Assembly (NCBI RefSeq): GCF_048593235.1
Contig: NC_133618.1
Coordinates: forward strand, 161,599,162-161,663,161
Reading direction: 5' to 3'
From: Sminthopsis crassicaudata
Taxonomy: Eukaryota
DNA: 64,000 bases
Made by a program: the position numbers and the translations under genes
Shown here: in pieces, positions 10,371 through 23,300 of the stretch
How the letters are laid out: the number at the start of each line of letters is the position of its first letter
Position numbering within the stretch: position 1 is the stretch's first letter
The notes under the pieces: generated by a model
What the model was told of the DNA's origin: nothing
Seen by the model: the letters and a program-made list of their open reading frames with translations, nothing else
Databases searched by the model: none

Positions 10371-13300
10371 TTTCCTCTTTTTTGTGACTAAACTCTTTGA
10401 GAAAGCTGTGTATAGTGTGTCTACTTCCTTTCCTCTTATTCTCTTAATGCTTTACAGTTTGGCTTCCAACCTCATCATTCAAATGAAAAGTCATTCTCCA
10501 AAGTTACCAATGATCTTTTGATTGTCAGGTGGACTTTTCTAAAGCCTCATCTTCTAAAGCCTCATCCTTGCTGCAGCCTTTGACACTCTCTTTTCTTTAA
10601 TGCTTTCTTCTCTCTAGGTTTTCGTGACACTGCTCTGTCCTGGTACTACTCCTACCTGTCTGACTGCTCCTTCTCAGTCTTCTTTGCTGAATCTTCATCC
10701 TGATCACTTCCACTAACTGTGAGTCTCTCCCAAGGCTGTGTCCTGGGTCCTCTCTTCTCATCAGATCCCATGTATTCAATTTATCATCCCTATGCTGATA
10801 TTTATATAGCCCTCACCTCTCTTGACCTCTAATCTCATATTAAAATGTTCATGAGACATCCATTAGCTATGTTGATTGGACGTCCCATTGGCATCTTAAA
10901 CACTTAAAAAAGTGAACTCCTTAGCCACCCTCCTACTGAAGCCCTCTCTCTTTCCTGTCTTTCCTGTTAGTGTGCAGGTTACTACTCTGTGCTCATTTCC
11001 CTGGGCTGAAAGCCTGAGGTGTCATTCTCTGCTCCTCACTATATTATCCTCCATATCTAATTTGTTGTCTCCTCTGACATTTTCACTACCATAGTGTGGA
11101 TCTTTTTCACCTCATTTCTGGTGTATTGCAATGGGTTTCTGCCTCAAGCTCTTCCTAGTCCAGTCTATGCTCCATTCAGCTGTCAAATTGATCTTAAAGC
11201 ATAGTTCTGACTATCATTCCCCATCTAGTCAACTCTACTGGCTCTTTATTAACTCAATGATCAAATAAAAAATTCTTTGGCTTTGAAAACCCTTCACAGT
11301 TTGGTCCCTTTCTACCTTTTCATTATTCTCAGACCTATTCCCCTCTCATTTCTCTTTGATCCACTGACACTGACTTCCTCACTTTTTCTTGTACAAGACA
11401 CTCCATCTTCAAATCTATGCATTTTCACTGGTTTGGAACGCTTTTGCTCTTTATCTCTGCTTTTTTCAAGTCCCAGCTAAATTAGATTTTGTCTTCTACA
11501 AGAATTCTTTTGGTATCTCTAGTAATGCAAATGCTTGTCTTTCTGCGACTTTCTCCAGCTTATCCTCCATATAAGTTCTTTTAGAGGGGATGTCTTTTTT
11601 TTGGTCTCTTTTTGTGTCCTAGTACTTAGCACAATGCCTACAATGTGGGCAATTAACAAATGCTTGTTCACTTAACCCGATTGATTTGTAAGGAGAAACT
11701 TTGTAATTTGGATGTGGAACTTACATATATTTTCTCCAGCTGGATTCTTGTCTTTTACCAAACATCACCATCGTTTTCCTTCTATTTTTTCTTTCTTAAT
11801 AATCCTCATTCAAGTCTTTATGCTTCTCAGATTTTGGACCATCCATAGGACTATTTATTGTTCAGTATGTTCCTCTGTCTTTTCATTCATTACCATGTCT
11901 TTTTCCATTAATTTCATTTCATTAAATATCACTGATAACAGTAAAGATTTTAGAGCCTTCATTTTCCTGCTGTCTTCATATGGTCTCTGAAGATCTTTCC
12001 TTAGGGGGTTCCCTGTTATATTTCAAATTCATGCCTTTGTAAGATGTCATTCCTTCCTATTTATATCAAGTCATCCTCTATAATTAGGAAGTTAGGAAGT
12101 GTGAGAACTGACTCCTAGGTTCAGTGACAGATATCATTGCTCTTAGTAGCATCTTCAGATATAGAATTTGAGAAACACCTTTTTCTAAAGAAGATACTAA
12201 TGCATTTTCTTTGGGAAGACCTTTATATACATTCTTTATTTCTGAAGTTCAGCTGTCCTTCCCCTCTTGGCAGTTTGAGGTTTTTTTTTTGTTTTTTTGT
12301 TTTTGTTTTAATTTTTAGTTTTTTCTCTTGTCCTTTATTACATCCTTCCTGCTGGGAATGTTTTGTGTTATGGATTCGTGTTTAATGTTTGTTTGTGGCA
12401 GAAGCCCCAACATAATCCAACCTTCACATTCCTATCAAAGGAGAGAACTTTGCAGCTTCTCCCAGGCAAGCTGCAGGCGTAGGAACTCTTACACTACCTC
12501 CTAGTCTCCCAAAGTAAACATTAGTAATTAGTAGTCCCTGCCAATGCCATCTGCAAGCTGTAGCTTCAGATGGCAGAAGTCTTTCCCTTCATAAAAATTC
12601 TATATTCCTTCTTCTTGTGCCCTTTTGCTTTGTACCCGAGACTCCTAGACTTCCTAGATTCTTCTCTTGCCTGTCATCTCAATTTTCCCATCTCCCAAAT
12701 GTAGGGCAAGCCATTCTTTAGAAGTGTTTTGAGTGCCTACTATTTTCTCTTGCTTTGGTTCATTTTAACCCTTTGCTTATAGAAAAGCCCTGTGAAATCT
12801 AAACTTTCAGCTGTCTCCTGTTGCAGGAAACATCTGAGATCAGCCTGTGCTTTTTTTTTCTTCTTTCCCTTAACACAAGTCTTTTCCCAACAGAAAACGA
12901 ATTTCACAGTAGTTAAGCAGGGGAAGCTTCTGAGTCAGATCTTCCTAGTGCATCTTAATGATTTTTTCTGCCATGACTTTCCAAGACATCAGATAGGCCC
13001 ACATTCAAATGTAAATACAGTAATCCCTTCAGGTTCACAGCAGGGTTATGTTCCTGGAAACAACATGAATATAAAATCCATGAGTATAGATACTAAAAGC
13101 GTATGAGGAAAACTAGTCTTAAGAACGAACACATGTCAGAACTGGTAGCTAGCAGTAGTCTCACATCTGTTTTTGCAACCTAAAGATGAGATTTGCATTT
13201 ATAAGAACTGCATTTATAAGCTTCACATTTTGTATGGTTAAAAAAAAATCTCCACACAACTTCATCACTTTCCCTATAAAAAATAAATGGCTTTATTTTA

Positions 13301-14379
13301 AATATTTGTTTTGGAGTAAATTTTTAATGTTATTATCTTTGAAAAATGTCTCTAGCCTTCTTGGAGAATGATGTTTTGTTTTGAAGCTCCTGTTATGAGC
13401 ACTGTAGTGTAGCCCTTGTTGGGTGACCTTTGAAATTTGATTTCTGTTTTTACTTGTTTTATGTATATACTGCCCTTTAATTCACTTAACTTGGTAGCAT
13501 CTATAAAATACCACTACCACCAAAACAAACATACATAGCTTATTGAAATCATGGCTGCCTATCTGAGTATGGATAAGTGTATTCTTCCTCTTCTGAATTC
13601 CTAGAGATCTCTAATGTATTGTCTTATATGATAGCTATTGGTATATTATATATAACTAGTAACTGTAATGGCTATAGTTCATATACCATATACAGTTATC
13701 CTATAATTATATTTTTAGACAGTTTTATGTAATTATATATAGATTTATAGCTATCTGTACATAGAGGTAGTTTTGGTTCTTCCTACTTATTGGATGTTTT
13801 TCTGATTTTGCTTACTTTGTATCATATCATTTTATGTAAATTTTCATACAGATGTTAATTAGAAAGAAATTGACTCTTGTGGTATAGAGGAATTGTTTTT
13901 ATATGAAAAGAAAAATGATTTAAAGGTAAAAAACCCAGGAAAAAGATACATAAATGCTTCTCTGGATGGAGAATTGTAAAGAGTAGAACAACATGGGGGT
14001 TGTTCCTTGTATTTGTCTTACTTGAATAGATCTGGGATGTCCTTGTTGTGGGTTTTACCCATTTGTGTAGCTGGCACTTTATCCTTACCTTCTTACCCTG
14101 TGCCCTTCTCTAGTATATCCATAAAGTCTCCTCAGAAGATTTATCCAGTGAATTAGATGGCTTCTACTTGATCACTTTATGTTGCAGGAATTTTAGTACA
14201 GCACATGGACCATCCATTTGTTATCCTAGTGGAATAATATCCCAGATACAGTTTTTCTGGGGGAAAAGGGGAGACTGTTTTCTCCTTATTTTGCACAGGA
14301 GGGAAATGCACTGGTTACAGGCTCAGTCCCAAAGCTTTGATATTCCATTTCTAAACTGAGCTGATCGATTCCTTAGGCA

Positions 14380-15995
14380 GTCTGATGACCTTCCTGCTTT
14401 CAGAACCTCCCTATTGGTGCTCACCTTAGTGTATACACTGAATCAGCTTAGCCTACTGCAGTTCAAGAGATGCAAATGCCTCAGCTTCCCCAATACCCAT
14501 GACTATACTTGTATACCCAGATCTCTTTCATCTTTAGATCCTTACTATATATCCTATCGATCTCCTTAGATGTTTTATTAGGCCTCATTCCTTATTCTTT
14601 TTAACCTGTCAGCTGCATGACACTGTTGTTCACCACGTCTTCCTGTATTATCTCCTCTAGATTTTTGTGACACTGCTTACTCCTAGATTCTTCTCCTTGT
14701 CTGACTACTACTGCTGCTCTTTCCCCCTTGCTGGATAACCATGTCTTCCTGTATTATCTCCTCTAGATTTTTGTGACACTGCTTACTCCTAGATTCTTCT
14801 CCTTGTCTGACTACTACTGCTGCTCTTTCCCCCTTGCTGGATAACCATGTCTTCCTGTATTATCTCCTCTAGATTTTTGTGACACTGCTTACTCCTAGAT
14901 TCTTCTCCTTGTCTGACTCCTACTGCTGCTCTTTCCCCCTTGCTGGATCATTTTCCCTGTTATACCCATTAGCTATGGTTTTTACCATAAGGTTCCTTCC
15001 TAGACCCTCCTCTCTTCTCCCATCACACATTCTTACTTGGTGACCTCATTATCTCCCAAAGTTCAGTTGTCCTTTCTATGGAAATGAATCAGATCTATTT
15101 ATCTAGATTCAGTCTTTCCTGAATTTCAGTTCCATTTTACCCACTGCCTATTGGCTATTTCTAATTGGATGTTCCTGGAGACGTCTGAAACTCCACAAGT
15201 CGAAAGCAGGACTTATCTTTATTCCGTAGCCTGTCCCTATTACTATCAATGGTACCATCATCCTTTCAATCCTGTTTATCATATTGGATTTTCTCTTCTC
15301 CCTATTTATGTTCATGAATTGTAACATTTCTTGTTTAGGTCTGCTGTCCATTTGTATAAATCACCCTCCTACCCTACTTTAGACCCTCTTCATCTTTTAC
15401 CTAGACTTTTTTATAGAAATAATGCAGTCTCTTATGTGACCTTCCTTCTTCTAGGCTCTCCCTGCAGAAGTGATTTTCTTAAAGTATAGGTCTTATCATT
15501 TCACTCCTTCTAGTCAGTAAACTCAAGTGGCTTCTCTTACCTTTAGTATCAAGTATGAACTTCTCTGTTTAACATTTAAAGCTCTTTATCATCTGATCCT
15601 TCACTCTAAAGTCAAGCCATATTGGCAGCCTGCTTGGTCTTCTCTCACACATGCCCCTGTGTGTATCCCATCTATGCCTTAACATTATCTGCTCCTTATT
15701 TTTGAAATGTTCTTTCTTTACTTTCCCTTTTTGGAATCCCTGATTTCCTTCAGGATTCAGCTCAAGTTCTGAAGTGTTTCCAGGCTACTTTCTTCTTCTT
15801 CCCCCTCGCCTCTCCTTTCAAGCTCCTAGAGCCTTTCCTTCTAGAGTTACTTTTAATCTGCTTAGTGTATATATCTATATATATAATATCTCCCCATTAG
15901 ACTTTAATCTTGAAGGCAGGGACTACTTTGATTTTGCTTGGCTTGTAACATAAGTGCCTGGCACATAGTAGATACTAAATAAATCTTTGTTGACC
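14380..15995 (+). mobile_element. L2 remnant, RT to 3' end (duplicate at ~21413-23028)
   Basis: L2 RT-like text (gacactgttg..., tggtgacctcattatctccca...) and 3' tail agtgcctggcacatagtagatactaaataaat. Confidence 0.75.
14633..14948. repeat. 106-bp unit x3 tandem repeat inside an L2 remnant (second copy at 21666-21981)
   Basis: Units start at 14633, 14739 and 14845 (cca[c/t]gtcttcctgtattatctcc...). Confidence 0.96.
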
Positions 15996-16499
15996 AGTTG
16001 TTCTTTAGTCTTCTTGGGTGACTAGCCCCTACTTTCTGATGTCATATATTTTGTGAATGATATCCCTCATGTTACTTCTTCCATATAGGTCATTATTTTA
16101 AATATTCTCCATCCTATATTCAACCACCATGTCTTTCTCCATTGCTTTTCATATCACCCTTAACTTTGATTCTAAAGGGACTATAATCTTTTAAGATTTG
16201 TACCATATAGCAACACTAGCAGAATATTTGAATTGAAAAGATGAGCTTTAATGTTGACAATTCATTATCATTTAAAACACTATAATTTCCCAAATGTAAT
16301 CCAATTCAGCCGGTTATTTCCCACTATTTTAATTAATTGTCATTCTGTGGTTTCTATATGTGTACTATATATAGTATGTGTGACAAAATAGTGTGTGTGT
16401 ATATATCTACACATATATACATACATATGCATTCTTAATAGACTGACCTTCCAAGTACATGTCATAGTTTGAACATTTTTCGTTTATTTAGTTATTTCT

Positions 16500-17750
16500 G
16501 TAAATAATGTTAGGTCAATTCTTTTTTTAGTTATTATGGTGTAGTTATCAAATTCTCCTGTTTGATTGATAAATCATATTAACTACAAGGAAGCATCTGG
16601 AAAAACACTAAAGAGAATCCCTTTTTCCTTCATAGGACATCTTCCTTGATAGTTATGAGAGCCTTTGTCAAGGATTACTTCCATTGATGTTAACAGTAAA
16701 TCTCATCAAGCTTTCTGTAGACTTGTTTTTAACCTTCTGTTTTATAAGGTAGTACTTCTTTTAGTCTTACATCTCTGGGTGTTTTGGTGGGTTTTTTTTA
16801 ATATACAAATGGGGTTGTATTGTAAGTTGGTGTTGCTCTTGACAACCATCTCTACACTTGACAACAAGATAACACGCTTGCTAACTGTAGAGGTTTTTTA
16901 GATCTTTTAGCCTCCTCATTATCCTGATGGTTTTATATCTGTTAAACATTTGCAGGAAACAGTTATACTCTTATCATTTTCTGTTCCTCACTTTAGATAA
17001 GTCAGGTTAAAATTGTCTTTTTCTCATTGTTATCTTCTGATTTGTTGCTAATTTTGACCTTTACTCAGTTTGTATCTTTTATAATTCCCACTAGTCACTT
17101 CCTGTCTGTAGCCAGTTTAATTTTTTGGGATCACAGAATCACAGAGTGGGATATCTGAACAAGAATCCTCTCTACAAACATAGTTGAGTTATCCAGTCTT
17201 TGATCACTTAAATTTGAATTGTATTTTCCAATTTTCTTTTCCCCATCTTTCCTCGTGACTACCTTGAGTCACAGAGCAGCAAAACATATGGACTGTTTGG
17301 GGGGTCCTTTCAAGTTGTTGATAGGATTTGCCTTCTTCTTCCTTTGCAGATACTAAAAAGTGGTTATTTTCATGATACTGTTGAACTCATTAAGAACTCT
17401 GTGATAATAATGATAAACTATCCCTTGAAAAATGATGTTACCTACAGATGCAAGATGAAAGAAGTTAAATCTAATTCCTTTGTTTGTATATCCAAGGTGA
17501 ACCTATGAATATCTTCCCATTAAGCCTATAGTTTTTCTTTGTTTTTTGGTTTCATTTATTTCAAGAATGTCAGTAGTGATATGGTTGATTTATTGGAAAT
17601 CAATAACAAATCTTTTTGCTAAGTTAATAAATTATTTTAAAATGGTTAATTCTTAGAATTCCATACTCCCTTTCCTTTCACTCCTTGATTGTTATTTCAG
17701 AAGTGGAAGGTTTCATGACATTGAAGGCCTCAAATTCTTTAATTTATTTG
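16500..17750 (-). mobile_element. Possible very old CR1/L3 remnant (duplicate at ~23530-24780)
   Basis: Scattered similarity to antisense CR1 RT and 3' text; heavily decayed. Confidence 0.35.
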
Positions 17751-17989
17751 TTTGTTTAATTTTCACAGCCAAGAATTCATCCAGTGGTCAATTCATTTCA
17801 ATCACCATTTCTATATTTCCTGGAGTAGACAAATGAAAATTAAATAGTCTGCTCTCAAAGAGCTTACTTCCTCTATACTTACACATAGATAGTAAATATA
17901 AGGTAGATTTTTTTAAAATAAGGTAAAGTGGGCAGGGTATACTGGTAAAATACCTAACAACTGGTGCTGCTAGGAGGTGTCTTGTAGGG

Positions 17990-18190
17990 AATATCACTTA
18001 GGATGATGAAATCTTAAATTTAATTATAAAAGAACTTAGACACGAGTGCCCCCCTCATTTTAAATATGAGGAAACTGAAGCATAGAGTTAAAATGATTTT
18101 TCTCAGCATTTGAATTTGAACTCAGAACTTCTTTGTGTCAATTCCAGCGCTGTGCCCCCTGTACCAAAGGTATCCAATTCAGAGCCCAAA
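17990..18190 (-). mobile_element. MIR-family SINE (duplicate at ~25020-25220)
   Basis: cccctcattttaaatatgaggaaactgaagcatagag...tttgaactcagaactt core. Confidence 0.75.
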
Positions 18191-18594
18191 ATAGCCCCAC
18201 ATTTGGCTCACAGAACCAGATTGAAATGTAATTGTGAAATATTTAATAAAATAAACAAAATTACAATAAAAACAAATAATCTGAATAATGTGGTTTTCTA
18301 AGTCAGTATGTGCCCTTGTATGGGCATGTATGTATTAGGGATCCTGATATATGGTTTAGTAGTTCTAGTTACCTTTTGAATTTGATACCATTTTCTCACC
18401 ATAACATTGCCTTATTAAGAAAGTAATTGGAAATCTATAGAACAGAATGACTTTATAATTAAGTAGAGAAGTAAAATTCTAAAAATTTGAAGCTATAATG
18501 GGATAGAGAAAGACTTTCCCTCATTCCATTTTCAGTTTTGTTTTTGGAGAAGAGAATTTTGCTACAGTACAAATACATATAAAACTTATTTTTT

Positions 18595-19020
18595 AAATGA
18601 ATGAACAAACCTTTAATAAGTGCTTATTTTGTGTTAAGGATTTTGCTAAGCATTAGGGATCAAATACAAAAATGAGCCAGCCCTTGAGGATCTTCCATTT
18701 TAATGTGTTAGAGACACTGCTCTAATAAGATTATATACCCAAGCCACAGTATGAAGTTTTATGGTGAATAAAAAGGTGAGTAAAACAAGATCTGGGCTTT
18801 TAGAACTTAGAGTCTAGTAGAGGTAAATTAGTACCAGATTGTGAAGGGGATTGAATTTTGCTCAGCAGCTCATAAAGAGCTTTTGCAGGGTTTGGGGCAA
18901 AGCAGTGACATGATTAAAACAGAAAAGTTTTTTCTGCCTAAACAGAAAAGATAAATCTAGCAAGGGGACCTGGAGTGAGAGGAGAGGGAGTGGAGATGGA
19001 AAGATGACAGTGTAGGCTGT
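18595..19020 (-). mobile_element. L2 3' region (duplicate at ~25626-26051)
   Basis: aatgaacaaacctttaataagtgcttattttgtgttaagg...ctaagcattagggat. Confidence 0.7.
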
Positions 19021-19598
19021 TTACTTTGTCTATTGATATCTGACATTTACCTAGTACTTTGAAATTTTCAAAGAGTTTTATATATCTTCTTTTGCCATAG
19101 TCAGCAGGAATAAAGAAGAGATGGATAGGAGAAAGATTTAATTTAAACCATTTTAGTAAGTGCTTATAGTGTGCAAGTCACTGCTTTGTTAATATCTTTC
19201 TTTGAGGGTTCCCACTAAAGACAGAATTTCCATTTGGATGGAATGTGAATTTAACAGTTTTTATAAAGGAAATCTTGTAAGCTTGGTTTTAGGTGAATCT
19301 ATAAGGGTGGATCTCAACTGAACACTGTGAAGTGGTGGGTGGGAAGTAAAACTTCTTTATCCCTGTTCCCCTTGCTTCTCCATGAATAAAAATTTTCCAT
19401 GATGATTTTTGTGCAGAATAACAGAATGAAATAAGAACTCCATAAGAAATTCAACTCTTCAACTTTTATCAATAATCTTTGAATTATCCACCATTCTTTT
19501 ACCTACCTCTTAGTTTCATAACTATATATTTCTCAGTTTGAGTTCTGTACAGATCAATGTCTTTCTCTGCTATCCTTTCCTTTCTCTTCTCTCTCTTC

Positions 19599-19907
19599 NN
19601 NNNNNNNNNNNNNNNNNNNNNNNNNNNNNNNNNNNNNNNNNNNNNNNNNNNNNNNNNNNNNNNNNNNNNNNNNNNNNNNNNNNNNNNNNNNNNNNNNNNN
19701 NNNNNNNNNNNNNNNNNNNNNNNNNNNNNNNNNNNNNNNNNNNNNNNNNNNNNNNNNNNNNNNNNNNNNNNNNNNNNNNNNNNNNNNNNNNNNNNNNNNN
19801 NNNNNNNNNNNNNNNNNNNNNNNNNNNNNNNNNNNNNNNNNNNNNNNNNNNNNNNNNNNNNNNNNNNNNNNNNNNNNNNNNNNNNNNNNNNNNNNNNNNN
19901 NNNNNNN
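19599..19907. other. Assembly gap (309 N) after a CT-rich run
   Basis: Ns in sequence. Confidence 0.99.
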
Positions 19908-19959
19908 ATTGATGCCTAAATATTATGGAGACTGAACTGGAGGCTAATATATGTGATGA

Positions 19960-20145
19960 GGGACTAACTTATATAATGATTTAAGATTTGCAGAGCTCTT
20001 AACACTGGAAGGTAGGTGCTATTGTATTGGTATACTTATTTTTGAGGTAATGAAACTGAGGCTGAGAAAGGCAAAATGATTTTGCCCTAGTAAAATCTGA
20101 GGTGGGATTTGACCGTCCAGTTCACCAAGTCCAGTGCTCTGCCTG
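19960..20145 (-). mobile_element. MIR-family SINE (duplicate at ~26965-27150)
   Basis: gtaggtgctatt...tttgaggtaatgaaactgaggctgagaaagg...tctgaggtgggatttga. Confidence 0.7.
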
Positions 20146-20149
20146 CTGT

Positions 20150-20305
20150 GGTGTTATCAAACTCAAATAGAAACTGAACCACCAAACTATAAATAAGATC
20201 CTTGCTATCACAAATTGACTGAGAAAACAACACTATTTAAATTTTATTGTATTTTTATTTCTTTTGTTAAATGTTTCAATTTCATTTTAAACTGATTCCA
20301 GAAGC
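20150..20305. mobile_element. Partial hAT-type non-autonomous element next to the duplication junction (duplicate at ~27155-27310)
   Basis: tcaaactcaaatagaaa...ttgtatttttatttcttttgttaaatgtttc resembles a marsupial hAT MITE as recalled. Confidence 0.4.
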
Positions 20306-23300
20306 CTTATTTTTTTAAAATGGCTTTATTTTAAATATTTGTTTTGGAGTAAATTTTTAATGTTATTATCTTTGAAAAATGTCTCTAGCCTTCTTGGAGA
20401 ATGATGTTTTGTTTTGAAGCTCCTGTTATGAGCACTGTAGTGTAGCCCTTGTTGGGTGACCTTTGAAATTTGATTTCTGTTTTTACTTGTTTTATGTATA
20501 TACTGCCCTTTAATTCACTTAACTTGGTAGCATCTATAAAATACCACTACCACCAAAACAAACATACATAGCTTATTGAAATCATGGCTGCCTATCTGAG
20601 TATGGATAAGTGTATTCTTCCTCTTCTGAATTCCTAGAGATCTCTAATGTATTGTCTTATATGATAGCTATTGGTATATTATATATAACTAGTAACTGTA
20701 ATGGCTATAGTTCATATACCATATACAGTTATCCTATAATTATATTTTTAGACAGTTTTATGTAATTATATATAGATTTATAGCTATCTGTACATAGAGG
20801 TAGTTTTGGTTCTTCCTACTTATTGGATGTTTTTCTGATTTTGCTTACTTTGTATCATATCATTTTATGTAAATTTTCATACAGATGTTAATTAGAAAGA
20901 AATTGACTCTTGTGGTATAGAGGAATTGTTTTTATATGAAAAGAAAAATGATTTAAAGGTAAAAAACCCAGGAAAAAGATACATAAATGCTTCTCTGGAT
21001 GGAGAATTGTAAAGAGTAGAACAACATGGGGGTTGTTCCTTGTATTTGTCTTACTTGAATAGATCTGGGATGTCCTTGTTGTGGGTTTTACCCATTTGTG
21101 TAGCTGGCACTTTATCCTTACCTTCTTACCCTGTGCCCTTCTCTAGTATATCCATAAAGTCTCCTCAGAAGATTTATCCAGTGAATTAGATGGCTTCTAC
21201 TTGATCACTTTATGTTGCAGGAATTTTAGTACAGCACATGGACCATCCATTTGTTATCCTAGTGGAATAATATCCCAGATACAGTTTTTCTGGGGGAAAA
21301 GGGGAGACTGTTTTCTCCTTATTTTGCACAGGAGGGAAATGCACTGGTTACAGGCTCAGTCCCAAAGCTTTGATATTCCATTTCTAAACTGAGCTGATCG
21401 ATTCCTTAGGCAGTCTGATGACCTTCCTGCTTTCAGAACCTCCCTATTGGTGCTCACCTTAGTGTATACACTGAATCAGCTTAGCCTACTGCAGTTCAAG
21501 AGATGCAAATGCCTCAGCTTCCCCAATACCCATGACTATACTTGTATACCCAGATCTCTTTCATCTTTAGATCCTTACTATATATCCTATCGATCTCCTT
21601 AGATGTTTTATTAGGCCTCATTCCTTATTCTTTTTAACCTGTCAGCTGCATGACACTGTTGTTCACCACGTCTTCCTGTATTATCTCCTCTAGATTTTTG
21701 TGACACTGCTTACTCCTAGATTCTTCTCCTTGTCTGACTACTACTGCTGCTCTTTCCCCCTTGCTGGATAACCATGTCTTCCTGTATTATCTCCTCTAGA
21801 TTTTTGTGACACTGCTTACTCCTAGATTCTTCTCCTTGTCTGACTACTACTGCTGCTCTTTCCCCCTTGCTGGATAACCATGTCTTCCTGTATTATCTCC
21901 TCTAGATTTTTGTGACACTGCTTACTCCTAGATTCTTCTCCTTGTCTGACTCCTACTGCTGCTCTTTCCCCCTTGCTGGATCATTTTCCCTGTTATACCC
22001 ATTAGCTATGGTTTTTACCATAAGGTTCCTTCCTAGACCCTCCTCTCTTCTCCCATCACACATTCTTACTTGGTGACCTCATTATCTCCCAAAGTTCAGT
22101 TGTCCTTTCTATGGAAATGAATCAGATCTATTTATCTAGATTCAGTCTTTCCTGAATTTCAGTTCCATTTTACCCACTGCCTATTGGCTATTTCTAATTG
22201 GATGTTCCTGGAGACGTCTGAAACTCCACAAGTCGAAAGCAGGACTTATCTTTATTCCGTAGCCTGTCCCTATTACTATCAATGGTACCATCATCCTTTC
22301 AATCCTGTTTATCATATTGGATTTTCTCTTCTCCCTATTTATGTTCATGAATTGTAACATTTCTTGTTTAGGTCTGCTGTCCATTTGTATAAATCACCCT
22401 CCTACCCTACTTTAGACCCTCTTCATCTTTTACCTAGACTTTTTTATAGAAATAATGCAGTCTCTTATGTGACCTTCCTTCTTCTAGGCTCTCCCTGCAG
22501 AAGTGATTTTCTTAAAGTATAGGTCTTATCATTTCACTCCTTCTAGTCAGTAAACTCAAGTGGCTTCTCTTACCTTTAGTATCAAGTATGAACTTCTCTG
22601 TTTAACATTTAAAGCTCTTTATCATCTGATCCTTCACTCTAAAGTCAAGCCATATTGGCAGCCTGCTTGGTCTTCTCTCACACATGCCCCTGTGTGTATC
22701 CCATCTATGCCTTAACATTATCTGCTCCTTATTTTTGAAATGTTCTTTCTTTACTTTCCCTTTTTGGAATCCCTGATTTCCTTCAGGATTCAGCTCAAGT
22801 TCTGAAGTGTTTCCAGGCTACTTTCTTCTTCTTCCCCCTCGCCTCTCCTTTCAAGCTCCTAGAGCCTTTCCTTCTAGAGTTACTTTTAATCTGCTTAGTG
22901 TATATATCTATATATATAATATCTCCCCATTAGACTTTAATCTTGAAGGCAGGGACTACTTTGATTTTGCTTGGCTTGTAACATAAGTGCCTGGCACATA
23001 GTAGATACTAAATAAATCTTTGTTGACCAGTTGTTCTTTAGTCTTCTTGGGTGACTAGCCCCTACTTTCTGATGTCATATATTTTGTGAATGATATCCCT
23101 CATGTTACTTCTTCCATATAGGTCATTATTTTAAATATTCTCCATCCTATATTCAACCACCATGTCTTTCTCCATTGCTTTTCATATCACCCTTAACTTT
23201 GATTCTAAAGGGACTATAATCTTTTAAGATTTGTACCATATAGCAACACTAGCAGAATATTTGAATTGAAAAGATGAGCTTTAATGTTGACAATTCATTA

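Larger units (their letters stand above)
8860..11670 (+). mobile_element. Long L2 LINE remnant (EN/RT to 3' end), interrupted by a WSINE1-like SINE and an L1 fragment
   Basis: Pyrimidine-rich L2 RT text; 3' end cctagtacttagcacaatgcct...caattaacaaatgcttgtt. Confidence 0.75.
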
